Source: Nitrospirota bacterium (lineage in GTDB: Bacteria > Nitrospirota > JACRHJ01). Taken from it: DNA of 44,930 nt. Under the pieces are notes generated by a model. The model was not told the origin of the DNA, searched no databases, and worked only from the letters and a program-made list of their open reading frames with translations. The stretch is from positions 1 through 44,930 of the forward strand of contig CAVTDB010000015.1 in the NCBI GenBank assembly GCA_963733375.1, read 5' to 3'. Positions 40,736 through 44,930 of this stretch are shown here, piece after piece; positions within the stretch are counted from its first letter, which is position 1; every line of letters begins with the position of its first letter. Made by a program: the position numbers and the translations under genes.

Positions 40736-41532
40736 TCAGGACGGAAAGACGATGTCCATACTCGCGCATCTGGACGAGCTCCGGAAGCGGCTTGTCTATA
40801 CCGTCATCGTGCTTTTCATAGCCTTCCTGGTCTGTTTCCAGTACTGGGAATACCTGCTCCGCTGGATGAAGGTCCCGCTGACCCTGGTGCTTACGGTAAA
40901 GACCACGTATCCCTTTGTGTTCCCGACGTACCTGCCCAGCCCCACGAAGCTCATAGCCGTCGCTCCGGGCGAGGTGTTCTGGATAGCGCTGAAGATCGCC
41001 TTTATCGCCAGCATCTTCCTCTCGCTGCCTTTTATCCTCGCCCAGGTATGGCTCTTCATTGCGCCCGGGCTATTGCCCAAGGAACGCAAATGGGCGCTGC
41101 CTTTCGTCGTCTCGGCGACGTTCATGTTCATCCTGGGGGCGCTGTTCTGCCAGTACGTCGTCCTGCCGTTCGCGATGCGGTTTCTGCTGACATACGGCAT
41201 AGAAGAAGTGACCCCGATGATTACCATCAAGGAATATATCGATTTCTGCGGGAAGTTCCTGCTCTCCTTCGGCCTGGTCTTCGAGCTTCCGCTTATCATA
41301 ACGCTCCTTTCGCGCCTGGGGCTCGTCACGCCCCAGTTCCTTGCCAAGAACAGGAAGTTCGCCATACTCATCGCCTTCATCGCGGCGGCCATCCTTACCC
41401 CGACCCCGGACATGTTCAACCAGACCCTCATGGCGGTGCCCATAATACTGCTCTACGAGGTGGGCATACTCATGGCCAGGATTACCAGGAGGCGAAAGGA
41501 TAACGACGGCCGAGGCGGAGACGGATTTATAA
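40728..41532 (+). CDS. tatC: twin-arginine translocase TatC
   Basis: HLDELRKRL, QVWLFIAPGLLPKE, FGLVFELP, AAILTPTPD, LLYE; probable stop TAA 41530-41532 after a frameshift. Confidence 0.93.
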
Positions 41533-41640
41533 ACCTGTTACCTTTTTGGAAAAAGGTAACGCCAAAAACTTTTAGGGTTAAACACCCCGGCTTTCTTTTG
41601 TGGTACCTTTTCTTTCACCTGAAAGAAAAGGTACGACTTT
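41531..41640 (+). repeat. double-hairpin intergenic element, copy 8
   Basis: GTTACCTTTTTGGAAAAAGGTAAC ... GTACCTTTTCTTTC-ACCT-GAAAGAAAAGGTAC. Confidence 0.93.
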
Positions 41641-41651
41641 CCATTTTACCC

Positions 41652-41680
41652 TTGACAGCCGTCCACCCTTTTTTTATACT
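41652..41680 (+). promoter_or_regulatory. sigma70-type promoter
   Basis: TTGACA-17 nt-TATACT. Confidence 0.8.
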
Positions 41681-41694
41681 CGCTAAAATTTAAT

Positions 41695-41816
41695 ATTCTT
41701 CCGAAGCCGGACCGCCCTACAGCCCTTTCGCAGGGGCCAGGGGTCCCGGCCGACAGGGTCGCATCCGAAAGGGTGCGGTCTCCCATAGAAGCCGGTCTAC
41801 CGGTTTTGGAAAGGAG
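41695..41816 (+). ncRNA. Moco (molybdenum cofactor) riboswitch motif
   Basis: TCCGA...CCCTA...CAGGG..CCGGCCGA.AGGGT-stem/GAAA tetraloop-CTCCC...TTGGAAAGGAG matches the Moco RNA motif architecture. Confidence 0.8.
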
Positions 41817-41832
41817 GGCAACGTTCGCGGCA

Positions 41833-41867
41833 GGGCACCTCTTTATTCAAAGAAGGCGCCTTTTTTT
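41833..41867 (+). terminator. intrinsic terminator (riboswitch expression platform)
   Basis: GGCACCTCTTT-ATTC-AAAGAAGGCGCC followed by T7. Confidence 0.65.
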
Positions 41868-41923
41868 ATTTTAACTGTTTTCATTATTTTTTTAGCAGGC
41901 AATCCGAAAGGGGAAATCCATTT

Positions 41924-42175
41924 ATGAGGCTGATATCGGTTTTAACGTCTTCATTATTAATCCTGCTCTTATCCGTAAGCGCCGCTTTTGCCGACGGACA
42001 GAAGGTCACAAGCGACCTGCTGGACGTGCTTAAGGCAAAGGGCGTGTTAGACGACGCGTCTTACGACAGCCTGAAGAAAAAAGAGGCCGCCTCCCCGACT
42101 CCGGCGGCGAGTACACTACAACTGCTCGATGTCCTTCGGGCGAAGGGCGTGCTGGGCGAGGAGGACTACAATAGA
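41924..42175 (+). CDS. 5' part of an exported, probably porin-like protein (truncated at junction)
   Basis: Signal peptide, then two copies of LLDVL(K/R)AKGVL..EY-like helix typical of OprO/OprP-like porin N-termini. Confidence 0.55.
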
Positions 42176-42220
42176 TGCTCGCTTGTGTAACGCATGCCGC
42201 GTACGCGGCAATATCACGCA

Positions 42221-42510
42221 TCAGGGCGTTCGCGACACGGCCATGGCATGCGAATCGGCTGCGGACGCCGCTAACCGCCCGAAGGCGGCACTCAGGACGA
42301 CGAGCCCTGTCCACGCAAGGAACGGTCCCGCCAGCATGAACGCCGCGCCAGGGACCCTGCGCGCCACGTCGGTCACTTGCCGGCTGCCCGCGGTACCCGT
42401 GCCACACCAGCTGGCGAAGTGCTCGCAGTTGTTCCACAGCGGGCTGTAGGCGCGATGGCCGATCTTCGACCCGGCGCGCTGGGCAGCTTCGGCAGGGGCG
42501 ACGCCCTGCC
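42221..42510 (-). pseudogene. LRAT/NC-domain (permuted NlpC/P60) C-terminal fragment
   Basis: AQRAGSKIGHRAYSPLWNNCEHFASWCGTG..SRQV. Confidence 0.7.
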
Positions 42511-42512
42511 GT

Positions 42513-42976
42513 GCGGCCGCGGCCGCGGTCAGGACCGCCCGCGGCACCGCCAGGCCAGCCTGGAGCCCGCCCTGCTGGCCGGGCTGCGCCACAGCTACGA
42601 CCAGGCCGTCGCCGTGGGGATCTCGGTGAACCTGTCCCGGCCCTGGCACAAGGGCAACCACCCCGGGCTGGTCCTGGCCCGGCGGCTGAAACCCAAGGCC
42701 AGCCAGGTATGGCTATTCGCGACCCGCTTCGACGTCCCGGCCACGAACAACGGATCGGAGAACGCCGTCCGCGGCTACAAGCCGGCCGCGAAAATCAGCG
42801 GCTGCTCGCGCACCCTGGCTACCCTGCAGCGCCACTGCCGCATCCGCTCCTACCTCACCACCGCACGCAGCCACGGCCGCCACCCCCTCGCCGCCATCCG
42901 CAACGCCGTCAGCGGGAACGCCTGGATGCCGCCGCAACCAGCATGATCAGCTAACCAGGCACCCGTGACTGGTTAC
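42513..42976 (+). mobile_element. IS66-family remnant (transposase C-terminus plus right end)
   Basis: VPATNNGSENAVR..K...KISGC.R...RSYLTTA..HG...W.P; ends GTGACTGGTTAC. Confidence 0.8.
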
Positions 42977-43350
42977 GTTGATAGCGCGATATGGGGCAAT
43001 GGGTCGTGTCGGTCCTCGTTCTGGAACCCCTACGCCTGACTGGTCGTGGTCGCTATCACCGCGAGGGGCGACCTTGAGTCGCCAGCCTGACGTTCAAATC
43101 AGAGGGCTGCGCCGACATCCATGACAGCCCATAATCGCGTCATATGGTCCTGATCTGTGCTTTCGCAGGCGCAGGAGGCTGATCACCCGGCTGGATGCAT
43201 GCGACCCCACGCGGCCTGGCGGCCCCGGGCGCCGGTCGGGAGCGCAAGCACCTGACGCGGACGCTGGCGGGCCTGTGGGGTGCCAGAAGTCTGCGTGGCC
43301 TGTGAGCTGCAGTGATGACGAGCGTCAGGCGTAGAGCATCATGATCATTC

Positions 43351-43462
43351 GTGTCCTTGCGCCTGCTCTATCTCATCTTCGTCCGGCTCTGCGGCTTAGC
43401 TGGTCCTGCTCGGCCGGTCATCGGCCTCCAAGGACGCCGAGCTGCTTGTGCTGCGGCACGAG
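43351..43462 (+). pseudogene. N-terminal fragment of an actinobacterial integrase-core/transposase
   Basis: SLRLLYLIFVRLCG..., then RSSASKDAELLVLRHE in another frame. Confidence 0.65.
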
Positions 43463-43469
43463 ATACACA

Positions 43470-43880
43470 GGCGCTCGGCATAACGGCGGTGCCCCCACAG
43501 CGGATTCTCCTGCGCCAGGCGGACGATCAGCCGGGCGATGCCCGGGACCGTCGGCGGGCGGCCGGGCTTGCGTCGCTTGCTCGTGTCATACTTCTTCGCG
43601 GCCAGCCTGCGATGCCGGCGAGTAGCGTCGCAGGTGTCACAGGGAAGACTTCGGCCCAGCGGTTACGCGGTATGAGCCGGGCCAGCGCGGCGAGCCGGTT
43701 CCCGGCAGGCTCGTAACGTACCCGGCTGGCGTGGCGGCGCAGCACCGCGTTCTCGTGCCGGAGTACCAGTAGTTCGGCTAGTTCGGCATCCTTCGCCAGG
43801 TCCGTGCGGAACACCAGGACGGCGAGGCCGAGGACCCGGCCAACTAGCAGGTAGACGATCTTGAGCGGCACCCGGCCAGC
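43470..43880 (-). pseudogene. second fragment of the same integrase-core/transposase family, inverted
   Basis: KDAELAELLVLRHENAVLRRH, VTPATLLA, GRP, LAQENPLWGHRR. Confidence 0.7.
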
Positions 43881-43929
43881 CAACCATGACAGCGCCGAGC
43901 CCATGCCGGCGACAGCGCAGGTCAGCCAC

Positions 43930-44510
43930 TCAATCGATTATTCGAGCGGCACACGCGCACGGTTTCCAGCAGCGTCCGGAACTTAGCGTCGCGGTAGCCG
44001 GGCTGGCGGACCGCGTCCCCGTAGACGCCGAGCGAGACGTTGTTGAGGGACAAGCCGCCCGTTCACTTCCGCCACGTCGGAATCCGGCACTCGACCCCGC
44101 TGGCGAACGCCTCAAGCGCGCCGGCGGGGTCGTGCCGGTCGGCGCCCACGTCGAGCGCGAAATGGTTGCGTGTCCCGGCCGGGATGCACACGAACGGAAG
44201 CTGGCGGGCCGCAGCTTGCGCGGCCACGATCGCGAGCGACCCGTGCACCGCCGGCCACGCCCAGCGCGTCCGCGCCGTTCATCACCGCCGCCTCGGCAAG
44301 CGCCGCCAGGCTCTGCCCCGGGCCAGGACGACAGCCTCGATCCCTTGTTCACGGGCCCGCTGAGCCAGCCTCGCACGTGCAGCTGCGCCATCACCGGACC
44401 TGGGGTTGACGAACAGCACCTGCCGTCGCGGCGCCACGGGGAGCCGCCAGCCGCGTCTCTGGAGCTTCTGCCTGTCCCTGCCAGCGGGGATGCAGGCTGT
44501 CCCCGTGATC
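43930..44510 (-). pseudogene. diacylglycerol kinase family fragment
   Basis: LFVNPRSG, GSLAIVA, FVCIPAGTRNHFALD, NNVSLGVY, split over several frames. Confidence 0.7.
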
Positions 44511-44739
44511 GGATGCGGTCGTCACTCCCCCGCCGCAAGATCAACAACACCCTGCTCTCCCGCAGGATCATCGCATGGCCCACCACAGCGGAAAGCAGCG
44601 GCAGCCTCTGAGGAGGCGCTGGCACAACGGCTGGCGGCCCGGCGGGAGGGTGAGCCTGCCCGGGCCGAGGCCCTACGCCAGCTGGGGGCAGTCGACCGGG
44701 CGGCATACGGACCGCCGTCGCGCATATCCCACCTCGCGC

Positions 44740-44930
44740 TACGCGCAGCGGCGCTGACCCGCAGCCCTCGCTTGCGCTGCTGGCCTATGCGGCGGCGAAC
44801 ATCGTCGCCCTCATCCCAACGCCGGCGGCCTAGGCATCGTGGAAGCCGACCTCGCCAGCCTGCTCGTCCTCGCGGGCGTGCCCAGCGGCCCGGCGTTCGT
44901 GGCTACCCTGGCGTACCGCCTGGTCTCCTA
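44740..44930 (+). pseudogene. lysylphosphatidylglycerol synthase TM (flippase-like) fragment
   Basis: LLAYAAANIVALIPT.., GIVEA, LVLAGV, ATLAYRLVS. Confidence 0.55.

Noticed and set aside
1116-41532. Many split genes as pseudogenes or programmed frameshifts
   Set aside because: Single-base indels hit unrelated genes throughout, often near homopolymers, without other signs of decay; this fits sequencing error
40227-41693. Apparent TatB-TatC fusion with a C-terminal extension
   Set aside because: The alternative frame gives ...PKKKDA-TGA (40733) overlapping the tatC ATG, and ...AETDL-TAA (41530); the extension is translated repeat DNA

Overview
This window appears to join three unrelated genomic segments and carries many single-base frameshifts, probably from long-read or assembly error. 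(1) Positions 1-~6270 are a high-GC, alphaproteobacterial-type segment. It has a GAAC-N7-GAAC LexA box, an NTF2/SnoaL gene and a cluster of class III adenylate/guanylate cyclase paralogs. (2) Positions ~6270-~42175 are a moderate-GC Gram-negative segment of uncertain taxonomy. It carries yraN, a UDG, pirin, trpS, 2-oxoacid dehydrogenase E1a/E1b/E2, LeuCD-like genes, SOD, a PAS kinase/receiver/HD-GYP set, a ferritin-like protein, MidA, a pentaheme cytochrome, an ArsB/NhaD transporter, DUF58-Bat genes, tatB/tatC and a Moco-riboswitch-led putative porin. It also has two AT-rich islands, one with an R-M pair and a UbiA-DprE1-DprE2-TMTC-like operon. (3) Positions ~42175-44930 are a high-GC actinobacterial-type segment of pseudogene, IS66 and integrase debris. 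The most notable observations are four. First, a diverged ~270-bp six-block element occurs twice, each time between a core gene and an AT-rich cargo island in the same polarity. Second, eight copies of a modular ~110-bp double-hairpin (REPIN/MITE-like) element abut start and stop codons. Third, a polyprenyl-phospho-arabinose pathway is coupled to a TMTC-like GT-C/TPR protein. Fourth, a Moco riboswitch with a terminator precedes a porin-like gene. All calls come from reading motifs by eye; no database search was run.
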